Notes: generated by a model from the letters alone, not told the origin. Positions 1 to 9,889 are shown, counted from the first letter of the stretch. The stretch is 32,000 nt of DNA from Demequinaceae bacterium (GCA_965250005.1 OZ252279.1:1230001-1262000), one strand, 5' to 3'. Numbers and translations are program-made.

Positions 1-369
1 TTCCGGCCAGTTGGAGTGAAAGACGGCAATCAGGCGGGACACCCCGTAGTCGATGAAGGTTTCATAGACAGTGTCCGCGTACTGCAGATTGGTCTGCGGC
101 TTAGCGGCGTACGAATTCTCAATTTTGACCGCCAGCGCAGACCGCGCTACGACGGCTGGGTCGACGTCAACAGCCGAGAGCCCGGTGAGCGGCCACACCA
201 CGGCGGGCTTGGGGTCAGGCGGCGCCGACGGGACAAGCGACCGCCCTTCCACTGGGACTTGCGTGTAAGTCACGTCAGGCTGCGTGACGACCGTCGGTGC
301 ACAAGCCGCTAGCGTCACAGACGACACGAGGGCAAGCGCGATAGCGGCAAACCGCGCAGCGGGGGTCAT
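1..369 (-). CDS. DUF3048 (YerB-like) domain lipoprotein, N-terminal part (truncated by window edge)
   Basis: Hand translation of the minus strand from ATG at 369: MTPAARFAAIALALVSSVTLAACAPTVVTQ...PLTGLSAVDVDPAVVARSALAVKIENSYAAKPQTNLQYADTVYETFIDYGVSRLIAVFHSNWPE. Lipobox LAAC plus the PLTG..., AVKIEN, ARPQ-like, ADxVYE and AVFHS motifs of DUF3048. Confidence 0.8.
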   Translation of the reverse strand, partial: MTPAARFAAIALALVSSVTLAACAPTVVTQPDVTYTQVPVEGRSLVPSAPPDPKPAVVWPLTGLSAVDVDPAVVARSALAVKIENSYAAKPQTNLQYADTVYETFIDYGVSRLIAVFHSNWPE

Positions 370-402
370 AGCGGACAGTCTAGGCGCGCATAGGCTGGTC
401 GC

Positions 403-1440
403 GTGACTTATGCACGCCTCTCGGAAGGCCCTGAAGCAGCGGTCGCAGCCGCGCTATCAGGCGATGTCGACGGCATCGCAGTCGCGACATCGGGCAGCAC
501 CGGCACTCCACGCGAGGTTCACCTAAGCGGGCCTGCACTGAGAGCCTCAGCAGAGGCGACGTCCGCCCGGCTCACAGGACCCGGAGCCTGGCTGCTTGCC
601 CTCCCGGCCGACCGCATTGCTGGCTCACAGGTGCTCGTCCGGTCAGCGTTGGCTAGAACAAGCCCCATACGCCTGCCCTCTGGCCCGTTCACTGCCGTGG
701 GTTTCGCCGCAGCCGCCGACGAACTATTTCGCTCGACCCCCGCAAACATGCCGCGGTACACCTCGCTTGTGCCCACGCAACTACGTCGCGTGCTTGCCGA
801 CCCTCGGGCCTCGAGCGCACTCGCATCGTTCACCAGTGTTCTCGTGGGAGGGGCGTCGCTCGGCAACCTCAAGGGTCCCGGCAATGTGATCGAGACATAC
901 GGAATGACGGAAACCGCCGGCGGCTGCGTTTACGACGGCGTTCCCCTCGACGGCGTGGACGTCGCGATCGGGGACAACGGCGGCATCCTCATCTCCGGCG
1001 ACGTGCTGGCCGACGGGTACGTGGACGGCGACGACTCCTCGTTCCCCACCATCGGCGGGACGCGCTGGTTTGCGACATCGGACGTCGGGCAGATCCGGTC
1101 GGCCAAGCTCAGTGTGCTGGGAAGGTCGGACTCGATGATCGTGACGGGGGCGTTCAAGGTCCACCCTGAGTCAGTCGAGCGGGCGCTCGATGCGCTACCG
1201 GACGTCGCGCAGTCTGTCGTCGTTGGGGTGCCCGATCCTGAGTGGGGCACGCGGATCGTCGCTCTCGCCATCGCCGCCGATTCCGCGAGCAATCTCACCA
1301 CAGAGAGCGTTCGCGCTCGGCTCGAGTCAACGCTCCCGAACTACGCCCTTCCTCGTGACGTCCGCTTGATCGATTCGCTGCCGCTGCTCGACACTGGCAA
1401 GATTGACCGCGAGGCCGCCCGCACGTTCGCTCTTCAATAG
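403..1440 (+). CDS. menE: o-succinylbenzoate--CoA ligase (AMP-binding enzyme)
   Basis: ATSGSTGTPREV AMP-binding P-loop, IETYGMTETAGGCVYDG, SDVGQI, GRSDSMIVTGAFKVHPESVE and the C-terminal LPLLDTGKIDR lysine motif; adjacent to menA. Confidence 0.88.
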   Translation: MTYARLSEGPEAAVAAALSGDVDGIAVATSGSTGTPREVHLSGPALRASAEATSARLTGPGAWLLALPADRIAGSQVLVRSALARTSPIRLPSGPFTAVGFAAAADELFRSTPANMPRYTSLVPTQLRRVLADPRASSALASFTSVLVGGASLGNLKGPGNVIETYGMTETAGGCVYDGVPLDGVDVAIGDNGGILISGDVLADGYVDGDDSSFPTIGGTRWFATSDVGQIRSAKLSVLGRSDSMIVTGAFKVHPESVERALDALPDVAQSVVVGVPDPEWGTRIVALAIAADSASNLTTESVRARLESTLPNYALPRDVRLIDSLPLLDTGKIDREAARTFALQ

Positions 1441-1473
1441 TGGCACCGGGCCCGGTCAACTGGGAGGTTCTTC

Positions 1474-2349
1474 GTGGCAACCACGCCGCGTGATTGGGTC
1501 GCAGGCGCGCGACCGCGCACATTAACCACAGCAATCGCCCCCGTCGCCGTTGGCTCTGCCTCCGCTGGCGTCCTCGGCGAATTTCGGCCGCTCCTGGCCG
1601 CCCTGGCTCTTGGCGTCGCGCTCTCGCTCCAGGTGGCCGTCAACTACGCGAACGACTACTCAGATGGAGTGCGTGGCACCGACGCAAACCGCGTCGGGCC
1701 GATGCGGCTTACAGCGTCCGGCAAAGCGCGGCCGTCGGTCGTCAAACGAGCCGCGTACATCGCATTCGCTGTGGGCTCTGTTCTTGGCTTGGCCCTCACG
1801 GCGCTGAGCGGGCAGTGGTGGCTGATCGGCGTGGGCATGCTGTCCGTCGTCGCCGCTTGGACTTACACCGGCTCGCCGCGACCCTACGGCTACGCCGGCT
1901 GGGGCGAGGTGAGCGTCTTCGTCTTCTTCGGCCTATTCGCCACCCTTGGCACCATGTACGCGCAGGCCGCGACGGTAACATGGTGGGCCGTGGCAGCAGC
2001 CGCGGGCGTCGGGTTGTGGGCCGTCGCGATGCTGCTCGTCAACAATATTCGCGACCGCGAAACGGACCTCGCTACCGGAAAAAAGACGCTTGCCGTCGTG
2101 GCGGGCGACGCGGGCGCGCGGCGCTTGTTCTCCGCTAGCGTGCTGCTGCCGATGTTGCTTGGAGGGCTGGTCGCGCTCGAACGCCCGTGGGCACTCCTGA
2201 CCATGCTCGTAGCGACCCCTGCCGTGATCTTAGCGATCGCGGTGCGGGCCGGCCTGCGGGGAATAGGTCTGCGCCCCGTCTTCGCGGGCGTCAGCGCGGC
2301 TGGGCTGGCCTACGGCCTGCTGCTCGCGCTCGGCATTGCTGTGGGCTAA
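1474..2349 (+). CDS. menA: 1,4-dihydroxy-2-naphthoate polyprenyltransferase
   Basis: ARPRTLTTAIAPVAVGSA and NYANDYSDGVRGTDANRVGP (UbiA-family Asp-rich motif), NNIRDRETDLATGKKTLAV second motif, multiple hydrophobic helices. Confidence 0.92.
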   Translation: MATTPRDWVAGARPRTLTTAIAPVAVGSASAGVLGEFRPLLAALALGVALSLQVAVNYANDYSDGVRGTDANRVGPMRLTASGKARPSVVKRAAYIAFAVGSVLGLALTALSGQWWLIGVGMLSVVAAWTYTGSPRPYGYAGWGEVSVFVFFGLFATLGTMYAQAATVTWWAVAAAAGVGLWAVAMLLVNNIRDRETDLATGKKTLAVVAGDAGARRLFSASVLLPMLLGGLVALERPWALLTMLVATPAVILAIAVRAGLRGIGLRPVFAGVSAAGLAYGLLLALGIAVG

Positions 2350-2591
2350 CGCGTCTCGCGATCTTCGGCTTCCTGGTCCTCGTTCATCCACTCGAACTTG
2401 GTGGACAGGGCCTTCTCCATCTGTCTCGCCGCGGAATCGTACAGCGGCCCGAACATCGCGTACGAAATAAGCCACGCGATGACAGCGGCAGCCACTACGG
2501 CGCTCCAATGCTCCCAGCCAAAGAACCACAGGGCGACCCAGACTCCAACCATCAGCGCGGTACGGGCAGCCCAATACAGGAGGATCTTCAT
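2346..2591 (-). CDS. DUF4229-type small membrane protein, convergent with menA
   Basis: 81 aa, two hydrophobic segments (TALMVGVWVALWFFGW, AVVAAAVIAWLISYAMF); menA-adjacent position matches DUF4229 proteins of actinobacteria. Confidence 0.65.
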   Translation of the reverse strand: MKILLYWAARTALMVGVWVALWFFGWEHWSAVVAAAVIAWLISYAMFGPLYDSAARQMEKALSTKFEWMNEDQEAEDRETR

Positions 2592-2625
2592 GGCTCCATT
2601 CTAACTCGACCCGTAGACTGGACAC

Positions 2626-2913
2626 GTGCGCGCACTCATACTCCTGGTCATTTACGTAGGCTCTACGGTGTACTGCCTCACGGACGTGTCGCAACAAGAA
2701 GACCGGCGGCCATTCGGCCTCCACAAGTATTGGTGGATCGCGGTCATCCTGCTACTGCCGTATATCGGTGCGGCCGCATGGATCCTCATGCGCATCGTGC
2801 GAGGCGGCAGTTCGATGCGGGCGCCGAGCCCCGTCGCGCCAGACGACGATCCCGAGTACCTCGGCTGGCTTCAGAACCAGCGCCGACGCAAGCGCGGCCG
2901 CTCCGACGAGTAG
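2626..2913 (+). CDS. PLDc_N (phospholipase D-nuclease N-terminal)-like small membrane protein
   Basis: 95 aa, two TM segments; KYWWIAVILLLPYIGAAAWILM(R) is typical of PLDc_N proteins (W...VI.iP.iG...w...gr). Confidence 0.65.
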   Translation: MRALILLVIYVGSTVYCLTDVSQQEDRRPFGLHKYWWIAVILLLPYIGAAAWILMRIVRGGSSMRAPSPVAPDDDPEYLGWLQNQRRRKRGRSDE

Positions 2914-2925
2914 CCGTCCGCGCGG

Positions 2926-4053
2926 TTACCCCCGATAGAGGGCCTCAAGCCGGGCGCCAACGACGGCCACATCGAACTGTTTGACTCGCTCGGCTTGCTC
3001 TCGGCCCACCGACGCGCGCGCCGCATCGTCCTCAAGTAGCGCGATCAGCGCCGCCGCGAATGCCCGCGGGTCGCGCGCGTCAACACTGACCTCCGGCGCG
3101 TTGCCCAGCACGCTCAGGTACCCCGGGTTGTTGCCCCCGAGCACCGCGCCCGCTCCACTGGCCATGGCCTCGATCAGCACAATCCCGAATGACTCTCCCC
3201 CTGTCGCGGGGAAAACCGCCAGGTCCGCGTCGGCGTAGAACTGAGCCTTGGCCTCCTCGGAGACAAATCCGGCGAACACCACTTGATTGGACAAGTTGAG
3301 CTCGTGAACTCGCTTGTGCAGCGCTGGGCCTAGCGGTCCCTTGCCGCCTATGCGGACATTGAGGCGGTCGAGCAAATGCTTGGGCAGGAGCGCAAGCGCC
3401 TCGACCAACTCTTCTGCGCCCTTGCGCTCCACGAGCCTGCCCAGGAAGGACAAGACGAGCGGTCCGCCTGGCTTGCGGGCGGCACGCTTCTTGGCCACCG
3501 CGCGGGCGAATGACAGCACGTCGATCGCGCACGGGATCACCACGGGGCCGATCCCGAACGAGCGCCGCGAGAAGGCAACGGCGGGGGCGGACACCGCGCA
3601 AAAGCGGTCGAACTTGCGCAGGTTCCTGCGCAACAGCAGTCCAAGCGCGCGCGTTCCGGCACTGGAAAGCCAGCCGTCCGGGAGAATATGGAACGTGCCG
3701 ACAACGGTGACTTCTGCGCCCTGAACGCGACGCGCAGCATCCACCACGCGCGCGGCGAACAGCGGCGAGTGTGGCGTTTGCACATGAATGACGTCGAAGG
3801 CTTGCTCGGCGACGAACGCACGCAGTTTGCGGCGCGAAGTCGGCAGCGGGACGCGGAGTTTGTTGCCGTTAAACGTGACGCCCAGGTTCCGTGCGAGGGA
3901 GTGGACGTTCGGGATGTCGACGCGAGCGGTCTCAGAGCAGACGTAGTGGACGTCGTGTCCCTCCGCCGTCAGGAAGCCGCCAATGGTCAGTACGTACTGC
4001 TGAACGCCGTCGGGGCGGTCCAAACTATCGTCCAGGACGAGGGCAATCTTCAC
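2926..4053 (-). CDS. Family 4 glycosyltransferase
   Basis: GTG start at 4053 (MKIALVLDDSLDRPDGVQQYV); LSFLGRLVERKGAEELVEAL and FPATGGESFGIVLIEAMASGAGAV GT-B/GT4 motifs. The ORF-track start at 4734 is an over-extension into ccsB. Confidence 0.85.
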   Translation of the reverse strand: MKIALVLDDSLDRPDGVQQYVLTIGGFLTAEGHDVHYVCSETARVDIPNVHSLARNLGVTFNGNKLRVPLPTSRRKLRAFVAEQAFDVIHVQTPHSPLFAARVVDAARRVQGAEVTVVGTFHILPDGWLSSAGTRALGLLLRRNLRKFDRFCAVSAPAVAFSRRSFGIGPVVIPCAIDVLSFARAVAKKRAARKPGGPLVLSFLGRLVERKGAEELVEALALLPKHLLDRLNVRIGGKGPLGPALHKRVHELNLSNQVVFAGFVSEEAKAQFYADADLAVFPATGGESFGIVLIEAMASGAGAVLGGNNPGYLSVLGNAPEVSVDARDPRAFAAALIALLEDDAARASVGREQAERVKQFDVAVVGARLEALYRG

Positions 4054-4061
4054 GGTGCCGC

Positions 4062-4967
4062 CTATACGCCTGCGTACGAGTGGAGCCCCTGGAATACCAA
4101 GTTGACCAAAGTGAAGTTCATGATGAGCGCGACGAATCCGGCGATCGACAGGTACGCGGCCTTGCGACCCGTCCAGCCCTGCGTGGTGCGCGCATGCAGG
4201 TAAGCCGCGAAGATCAGCCAGATGACAAAACTCCAGACTTCCTTGGGGTCCCATCCCCAGAACCGACCCCATGCGTGCTCGGCCCAGATCGCGCCAGCGG
4301 TCACGGTGAAGGTCCACAATACAAAGCCGAAGGCGTTGAGTCGGAACGCGAGCGCTTCGAGCGCGACGGGCGTCGGCACGCCATCGAGCGGGCGGAAAGC
4401 CCTGCCGCGGAATGGAGACGATGCTCCAGCGGTGTTCGCGGTATCGCGGTAGTCGCGGCCGAGCTGAAGTGCGGTGGCCACGAAGGCGACGGAAAACACT
4501 CCCGTGGCCGTCACCGCGATGCTCACGTGAATCACGAGCCAGTAGCTCTGTAGCGCCGGCTGGAGCGACTCTGCCGCGCCGTAGAGCAGCGGCAGCGCCA
4601 GACCGAGCGCGAGTGTCGCAATGCCTGTCACGCCGGCACCGAGGAATGTGACTTCGCGGAAGCGCCCGACGACCAGGAACACGAGCACCGCCACAAACGA
4701 GCCTGAAATTGTGTACTCGTACATGGTCGACCACGGCACGTGCCCGGCCTCGACTCCCCGTGCGACGACGCCGACGGCGTGAAGGAGTGCGCCGACAACT
4801 GTGGTGGCCCGCGCGACACCCAGCGCCCTGCCCGCGGAAGGTGGTGACTTTTGGGCGCCTTTGGCCTCAGTCGCCCGTGCCAAGTGAATCGAGTAACTCA
4901 CCAGCGCGATCGCATACAGGAGCGTGGCCCCCCAGAGGGCGGCGATGCTCAGAGCCTGCGCTGTCAC
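4062..4967 (-). CDS. ccsB: Cytochrome c biogenesis protein CcsB/ResC
   Basis: Multi-TM protein with the WGRFWGWDPKEVWSFVIWLIFAAYLHAR tryptophan-rich haem-handling motif and a conserved His region (VIHVSIAV). Confidence 0.93.
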   Translation of the reverse strand: MTAQALSIAALWGATLLYAIALVSYSIHLARATEAKGAQKSPPSAGRALGVARATTVVGALLHAVGVVARGVEAGHVPWSTMYEYTISGSFVAVLVFLVVGRFREVTFLGAGVTGIATLALGLALPLLYGAAESLQPALQSYWLVIHVSIAVTATGVFSVAFVATALQLGRDYRDTANTAGASSPFRGRAFRPLDGVPTPVALEALAFRLNAFGFVLWTFTVTAGAIWAEHAWGRFWGWDPKEVWSFVIWLIFAAYLHARTTQGWTGRKAAYLSIAGFVALIMNFTLVNLVFQGLHSYAGV

Positions 4968-6574
4968 TATTCCTCCGGGATGGTTACGGCCGCGATGGCC
5001 CTGTCAAGTGCCGCCTGTAGCCCCTCGTCGTGGAACGGTGCGTAGGCGGCGCCCTCCACTTTAGCGGGGCCAGTCGCCGGGGAGATCAGCCAGATACGGC
5101 GGCGCGAGCCGAACAGTGACAGCCCAACGCCAGCGAGCGCGAGGAGCGCGCTCGCGAGCAGCCACGGCAACGTCGGGTCGGCGCGCAGGTCGAACGCCAC
5201 GAAGCGGGGCAATGAGTCCCACGTGACGGTGGCGAGCCCTCCGGGAAGTTCGACGGTCTCCCCCGGTGCGATGATAAAGGTGGCGACGTCGCCATCGTCG
5301 TTTCTGACCGGTGACAGGCGCAATTCGTCCAGGACGTAGACGTTCTGTGCCACGCCGTCGTCCAAGCCCAGGTTGCCGACAAATACCTCGAATACGATCA
5401 CGGGATTCGCGGGCGCCGGGTGGAGAGAAAATGCAGACTCGCCACTAATTGCCGCGCTCGGCAACAGGGTCGCGCGGAGGCCGAATTGAATTCCGCTGGT
5501 GACGTCGGGGACCTTCACGACACCTGTGGAGGTGTAGACGTCATCCTGCGGTATGAACGGAACCGCACCGCTGAAGGCAATGTTGCCCGCGGCGTCGCGA
5601 ATGGTGAAGGCCGGCGCGTACCCGTTGCCCTGAAGGTAGACCTTGGCGCCTCCGGCGTGGAGCGGCCGGTTAACCCAGACGCTCTCCGTGCGCGGTTGTT
5701 CGCCGGGGGCGGTGACCGTGACGTCCGCCCGGAAGTCGAGCGGACGCGCGCCCAGCGAAAACTCCGAGTGGAACGCGTCGAGCGTGACCGTGAAGGGCTC
5801 GAGGCGCTCCGGGTTGAAGGCGCGACCAGGTTCGAACGAGTCGTACGCGACTACCGCGTTGGTGAACGAGCGGCCCTCGATTACGATCGCCTGCCCGCGA
5901 TACGACAAGAAGCTACCTAGCGCGGCTGTGATGATCACGCCGACGATCGCCAAGTGAAACGCGAGGTTGCCGAGCTCGCGCACGTGGCCCTTTTCCGCTG
6001 CAAGCGCCAGTTCCGTCCCCGCAGACGCGCTCTTCGCAGAGCCGTCACCACGCGCAGCACGCACCGGCTTCGCCGCGCGCTCGTCGATCCGCACACGGTA
6101 GCCGAGGCCGTGGGCCCGGAGCGCACTTGCCGCTCGCTCCAGCGCCTGCCTCGGATCGCTCACGGTTGCGGTCGCCTTCGCTTTCGCCTCGTAACGCGCG
6201 AGCGACGAGGGGGCGGCCGCTGGGGGTTCGCGGAACGCGCGCGCGTAGTGGAAAGTGCGCGGCACGATGCACCCCACAAGCGAGGCAAACAGCAGAACAT
6301 AGATCGCCGTGAACCACGCGGAGTTGAAGACGTCGAACATGCCCAGCCGGTCGAGGAGTTCGCCCCAAGCCCCGTTTGCGGCGAGGAAGCCACGCACGTC
6401 TGCGGGGGTCTGCTGCCATTGCGGCAGGATCGACCCCGGGATCGAGGCCACGCCAAGCATCAGGAGCAGAATCAGCGCCACGCGCATTGACGTGACCTGT
6501 CGCCACATCCACCGCGCCCACCCGGACGGGCCCAGCCGCGGGGCGTCGGCCACAGCGTAATTGTCGAGCTTCAC
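4967..6574 (-). CDS. resB: ResB-like cytochrome c biogenesis protein
   Basis: Start GTG 6574 (MKLDNYAVADAPRLG...WARWMWRQVTSMRVALILLLMLGVASIPGSILPQ); FDVFNSAWFTAIYVLLFASLVGCIVPRT and GNLAFHLAIVGVI; order ccsB-resB-ccdA. Confidence 0.9.
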   Translation of the reverse strand: MKLDNYAVADAPRLGPSGWARWMWRQVTSMRVALILLLMLGVASIPGSILPQWQQTPADVRGFLAANGAWGELLDRLGMFDVFNSAWFTAIYVLLFASLVGCIVPRTFHYARAFREPPAAAPSSLARYEAKAKATATVSDPRQALERAASALRAHGLGYRVRIDERAAKPVRAARGDGSAKSASAGTELALAAEKGHVRELGNLAFHLAIVGVIITAALGSFLSYRGQAIVIEGRSFTNAVVAYDSFEPGRAFNPERLEPFTVTLDAFHSEFSLGARPLDFRADVTVTAPGEQPRTESVWVNRPLHAGGAKVYLQGNGYAPAFTIRDAAGNIAFSGAVPFIPQDDVYTSTGVVKVPDVTSGIQFGLRATLLPSAAISGESAFSLHPAPANPVIVFEVFVGNLGLDDGVAQNVYVLDELRLSPVRNDDGDVATFIIAPGETVELPGGLATVTWDSLPRFVAFDLRADPTLPWLLASALLALAGVGLSLFGSRRRIWLISPATGPAKVEGAAYAPFHDEGLQAALDRAIAAVTIPEE

Positions 6575-6585
6575 GCGTGCCGCCA

Positions 6586-7383
6586 CTAGACGGCCACAGC
6601 GAAGTCCTGCACGAATGCCTGCAGCCAGCCGGTGAACTGCTGCCACACGCCAGTGACCAGCAACGCTCCCAGAAGGACGAGTACGGCGCCGCCGAACTGC
6701 ATGAGCGCGCGGCGGTGGCGCTTGAGCCAGCCAAGCACGCGAAACGACTTCTGTGCCGAGAACGCGAGCGCGATGAACGGTGCGCCAAGCCCGATCGAGT
6801 ACGCCACCGCCAGCAGCGCGCCTCGCGACACGGTCTGCTCGTTGAGGGCGAGAGCGAACACTGCGGAAAGCGTAGGGCCGATGCACGGGGTCCAACCGAG
6901 ACCGAAAGTGGCACCCAGGAGCGGCGCGCCCCAGAGTCCAGCACGCGGGCTGAAGTGGAGCCGCCGCTCGCTCTGCAAAAAAGACACCGATCCCATGAAC
7001 GCCATACCCATGACGACGACGATCACACCCAGAACGCGCAGGATCAGGTCGATGTGCGGGGTCACCAGCGACCCGATCGATCCCACCGCGACCCCGAGCG
7101 TCACGAAGACCGCAGTGAATCCGAGCACGAACAGCGACGCGCCCAGTACGAGCCGCGGCACGGGATGCGAATGGCCTTCTGCTCCCGCGCCCGCCATGCC
7201 CGATACGTACCCGAGGTAGCCAGGCACCAGTGGCACGACGCACGGCGATGCGAACGAGACCAGTCCCGCGAGGATTGCGACCGGGATGGCCGCAAGGAGT
7301 GAGCCCGCGAGCACGGTGTCCGCAAACCCCCCGTGCCCCAGCCCCGCGTGCATTAGCCCCGTCTCAAGGATCGCGGGGATCAC
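6586..7383 (-). CDS. ccdA: CcdA/DsbD-family cytochrome c biogenesis transmembrane protein
   Basis: FASPCVVPLVPGYLGYVSGMAG and FGLGWTPCIGPTLSAV, the two conserved Pro/Cys helices of CcdA. Confidence 0.93.
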   Translation of the reverse strand: MIPAILETGLMHAGLGHGGFADTVLAGSLLAAIPVAILAGLVSFASPCVVPLVPGYLGYVSGMAGAGAEGHSHPVPRLVLGASLFVLGFTAVFVTLGVAVGSIGSLVTPHIDLILRVLGVIVVVMGMAFMGSVSFLQSERRLHFSPRAGLWGAPLLGATFGLGWTPCIGPTLSAVFALALNEQTVSRGALLAVAYSIGLGAPFIALAFSAQKSFRVLGWLKRHRRALMQFGGAVLVLLGALLVTGVWQQFTGWLQAFVQDFAVAV

Positions 7384-7940
7384 GGCGCCTCCGCTGACGC
7401 GGCGTCCACCAGCGCGGCGAGAGTGGCGGCGTCGGCGCGGCCGATTACTCGCGCGGCGACCCTGCCCTCCGTGTCGAGGATGAGTGTGGTGGGAACCGCG
7501 TTGAGAGCCACCAAACCCTGGAGCGCGGCGATCGCCTGCCCGTCGGCATCGTCAATGCTCGGGAACTGAACGGCGAACGTGCGCTGAAACGCCTGTGCGG
7601 TCCCGGCGTCGTCCCGACTGTTGACGCCAAGCACCTGGACGTCGGCGCGAGCGTCGAGCGCGACGAGGTCGGGCGCCTCCGCCCGGCACGGCGGGCACGC
7701 AGCGTACCAGGTGGTGATAATCACGACCTGGCCGCGAAGGGCGCCCACGTCGACCGTGTCGCCACCAAAGCTTTCGCCGGTCAGTTCAAGCGGTTCGCCG
7801 CGATCGGCATACGCAAACTCGGTGACCGTACCGTCGCCGGATACGTATCCGGGGCTCGCGCCGCCGCCTGGCGCTGCGCAGCCGCCAAGCGCGATGGATG
7901 CGAGGATTGCGAGCGCCCCGGCTGTCCTTGCCGCGCTCAC
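7380..7940 (-). CDS. TlpA/ResA-like thioredoxin-domain lipoprotein
   Basis: GTG start 7940; lipobox IALGGC; redox motif TWYAACPPCRAEAPDL; cis-Pro region AVPTTLILDTEGRVAAR. Confidence 0.88.
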   Translation of the reverse strand: MSAARTAGALAILASIALGGCAAPGGGASPGYVSGDGTVTEFAYADRGEPLELTGESFGGDTVDVGALRGQVVIITTWYAACPPCRAEAPDLVALDARADVQVLGVNSRDDAGTAQAFQRTFAVQFPSIDDADGQAIAALQGLVALNAVPTTLILDTEGRVAARVIGRADAATLAALVDAASAEAP

Positions 7941-8557
7941 GACGGGATCTCGACATGGGCCGCGGGCTGGGCATAGGTGAACCCGGTGATGTCGCCATCG
8001 TCGATGGTGAGCGACGTCAGGGAAGCGAGCGCACAATCTCGACTGCGCGGGTCGTGAACAAATCGGCGTCCCTCGACGGCGAGGCGAGTGACCCAAATGG
8101 GCAGTTGGTGGCTGACGAGGACGGTCTCGCGCTCGGGCTCGGTGGTCGCCGCGTCCTTCACCGCGGCGAACATGCGGTCACGCTGCTCGGTATACGGCTC
8201 GCCCCACGACGGCGTGAAGGGGTTGCGTAGCCGCCACCAGTTGCGGGGGTGCAGGAAGTAGGCGGGGCCACCATCAACCGGTTCGCCCTCAAACACGTTT
8301 GCGGCTTCGATGAGCCGATCGTCAGTGTCCAGCGGCAGCCCGTACGCGTCGGCGATTGCCTGTGCCGTCTGTTGGGCGCGCAACAGCGGCGATGCCACCA
8401 CACGGGCGATGTCGTTGCCGGAGGTCTTGAGGTGCGCCGCCGTAGCGCGCGCCATCTGGTGACCCGTCTCGGACAATCGGAACTCCGCCATTCGACCGTA
8501 GAGGACCTTGTCGGGATTGTGGACATGCCCGTGCCGCATGAGATGAACAAGAGCCAT
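7937..8557 (-). CDS. Histidine phosphatase (phosphoglycerate mutase-like) family protein
   Basis: VHLMRHGHVHNP (RHG motif), SPLLRAQQTAQAIA, TVLVSHQLPI. Its 3' end overlaps the TlpA-like gene start by 4 nt. Confidence 0.88.
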   Translation of the reverse strand: MALVHLMRHGHVHNPDKVLYGRMAEFRLSETGHQMARATAAHLKTSGNDIARVVASPLLRAQQTAQAIADAYGLPLDTDDRLIEAANVFEGEPVDGGPAYFLHPRNWWRLRNPFTPSWGEPYTEQRDRMFAAVKDAATTEPERETVLVSHQLPIWVTRLAVEGRRFVHDPRSRDCALASLTSLTIDDGDITGFTYAQPAAHVEIPS

Positions 8558-8574
8558 GTGCTTAGTCTTGCAAA

Positions 8575-8811
8575 TCAGCGGAGCGCCAGGCGCAACCGGT
8601 CGGCATCAATGGTCCAAAAGCCCTGCTCGACGCCGTCGACGGTGACGACCGGAGCCATCTCGCCATACTTGACCGCGAGTCCAGGCACGGCGTCAATGTC
8701 CACTTCTTGCCACGGCGTGCGCTCCTCCGCGCAGGTTTGCGCGACGATCGGCCGGGCCTCATCGCACAGATGACAGCCTTGGCGGGTAAAGAAAATGACG
8801 CGCGCGCTCAC
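8575..8811 (-). CDS. Glutaredoxin-like family protein
   Basis: 78 aa; RVIFFTRQGCHLCDEARPIV (CxxC) and APVVTVDG cis-Pro motif. Confidence 0.85.
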   Translation of the reverse strand: MSARVIFFTRQGCHLCDEARPIVAQTCAEERTPWQEVDIDAVPGLAVKYGEMAPVVTVDGVEQGFWTIDADRLRLALR

Positions 8812-8861
8812 CCGCTAAGGATACGTGCAGCGGAGTGTCCCGGCGTCTGTATTGTTGTCGC

Positions 8862-9683
8862 ATGACTCGGACGGCTGCCGCCCGCCCTGGAGCCGGCGCT
8901 ATCGCTGCGTTCTTCGACGTGGACAACACCATCATCCGCGGCGCGAGTTCGTTCTACATCGCCCGCGGCCTCCATCGGCGCGGATACTTCAACTCGCTCA
9001 ACATCGTGAAATTCGCGTTTGAACAACTAAAGTACCGCGTCCTTGGCGAGAGCAAGGAACAGATGGACACGTTGCAGGAGAACGCGATGTCAATCATCGA
9101 GGGATGGTCGGTCGCCGACATGGCGTCGATCGGCGAGGAGATTTACGACGAGGTCCTCGCCCTGCGCATCTACCCCGGCACGAAGGCAATCCTTGACGGC
9201 CACCTCAAGCGCGGTCACGAAGTGTGGCTTGTTACTGCCTCGCCCGTTGAAGTCGGCAAAATCATCGCTCGCCGTTTGGGTGCGACCGGCGCACTCGGAA
9301 CCGTCGCCGAGCGGAACCGCGGCTTCTACACCGGCAAGCTCATCGGCGGCCTGATGCACGGTGCCAACAAGGCCAAGGCGACCAAGGTTCTCGCGGCAGA
9401 GCGAGGCATCGACCTGTCGAAGTCGTACGCCTACGGCGACTCGATGAACGACGTCCACATTCTGGGCGAGGTGGGCAACCCATGCGCCATCAATCCCGAG
9501 GGAAGACTGCGTAGGTATGCCAAGAAGCAGGAGTGGCCGATCCAGGACTTCCGCGGCAAGAAGGGCACGGGGCGTCGCGGAATAGTCGCGACAACGAGTG
9601 CCGGAACCCTGTGGGTGATCCTCGCCGTCTTGCGAAAGATCAAGCGGAGCTTTGTCGCGGTATTCAGCCGCAAGAAACCCTAG
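8862..9683 (+). CDS. HAD-IB family (SerB-like) phosphatase/hydrolase
   Basis: AFFDVDNTII motif I, WLVTASP motif II, SYAYGDSMNDVHIL motif III; ATG at 8862 preferred over the 27 nt upstream start. Confidence 0.85.
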   Translation: MTRTAAARPGAGAIAAFFDVDNTIIRGASSFYIARGLHRRGYFNSLNIVKFAFEQLKYRVLGESKEQMDTLQENAMSIIEGWSVADMASIGEEIYDEVLALRIYPGTKAILDGHLKRGHEVWLVTASPVEVGKIIARRLGATGALGTVAERNRGFYTGKLIGGLMHGANKAKATKVLAAERGIDLSKSYAYGDSMNDVHILGEVGNPCAINPEGRLRRYAKKQEWPIQDFRGKKGTGRRGIVATTSAGTLWVILAVLRKIKRSFVAVFSRKKP

Positions 9684-9689
9684 CGCGGG

Positions 9690-9788
9690 CTATTTCTTGT
9701 TGCGGCGCTGGTGACGCGTCTTGCGGAGAAGCTTGCGGTGCTTCTTCTTCGACATGCGCTTGCGGCGCTTCTTGATGACGGAACCCAC
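9690..9788 (-). CDS. Small basic ribosomal protein, bS22/AURKAIP1 (COX24)-like
   Basis: Hand translation from GTG 9788: [32 protein letters not shown]. Absent from the ORF track because of length. Matches the conserved KKRRKRMxKKKHRKxxRKTRxxRR pattern. Confidence 0.88.
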   Translation of the reverse strand: MGSVIKKRRKRMSKKKHRKLLRKTRHQRRNKK

Positions 9789-9889
9789 GGGACCTCTTCT
9801 GGTGGCCTAGGACAATCTGTCGCCTAGGACGGCTAGTTTGACGGTTGAGACCAGCCGCTTGGATTGCTCCACACGGGGCTGACGGAGGT

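Noticed and set aside
2187-2984. 265-aa plus-strand ORF overlapping the 3' end of menA, the DUF4229 gene and the PLDc_N gene
   Set aside because: Arg/Pro/Gly-rich shadow ORF of high-GC DNA with no recognisable motif; the other frames encode clear proteins.
4054-4734. N-terminal extension of the GT4 ORF (602 aa in the ORF track)
   Set aside because: The extension lies antiphase over ccsB and is Arg-rich low-quality sequence; a GTG at 4053 gives a normal GT4 N-terminus.
6575-7243. N-terminal extension of the resB ORF (758 aa in the ORF track)
   Set aside because: Overlaps ccdA in another frame; the GTG at 6574 gives the usual ResB start.
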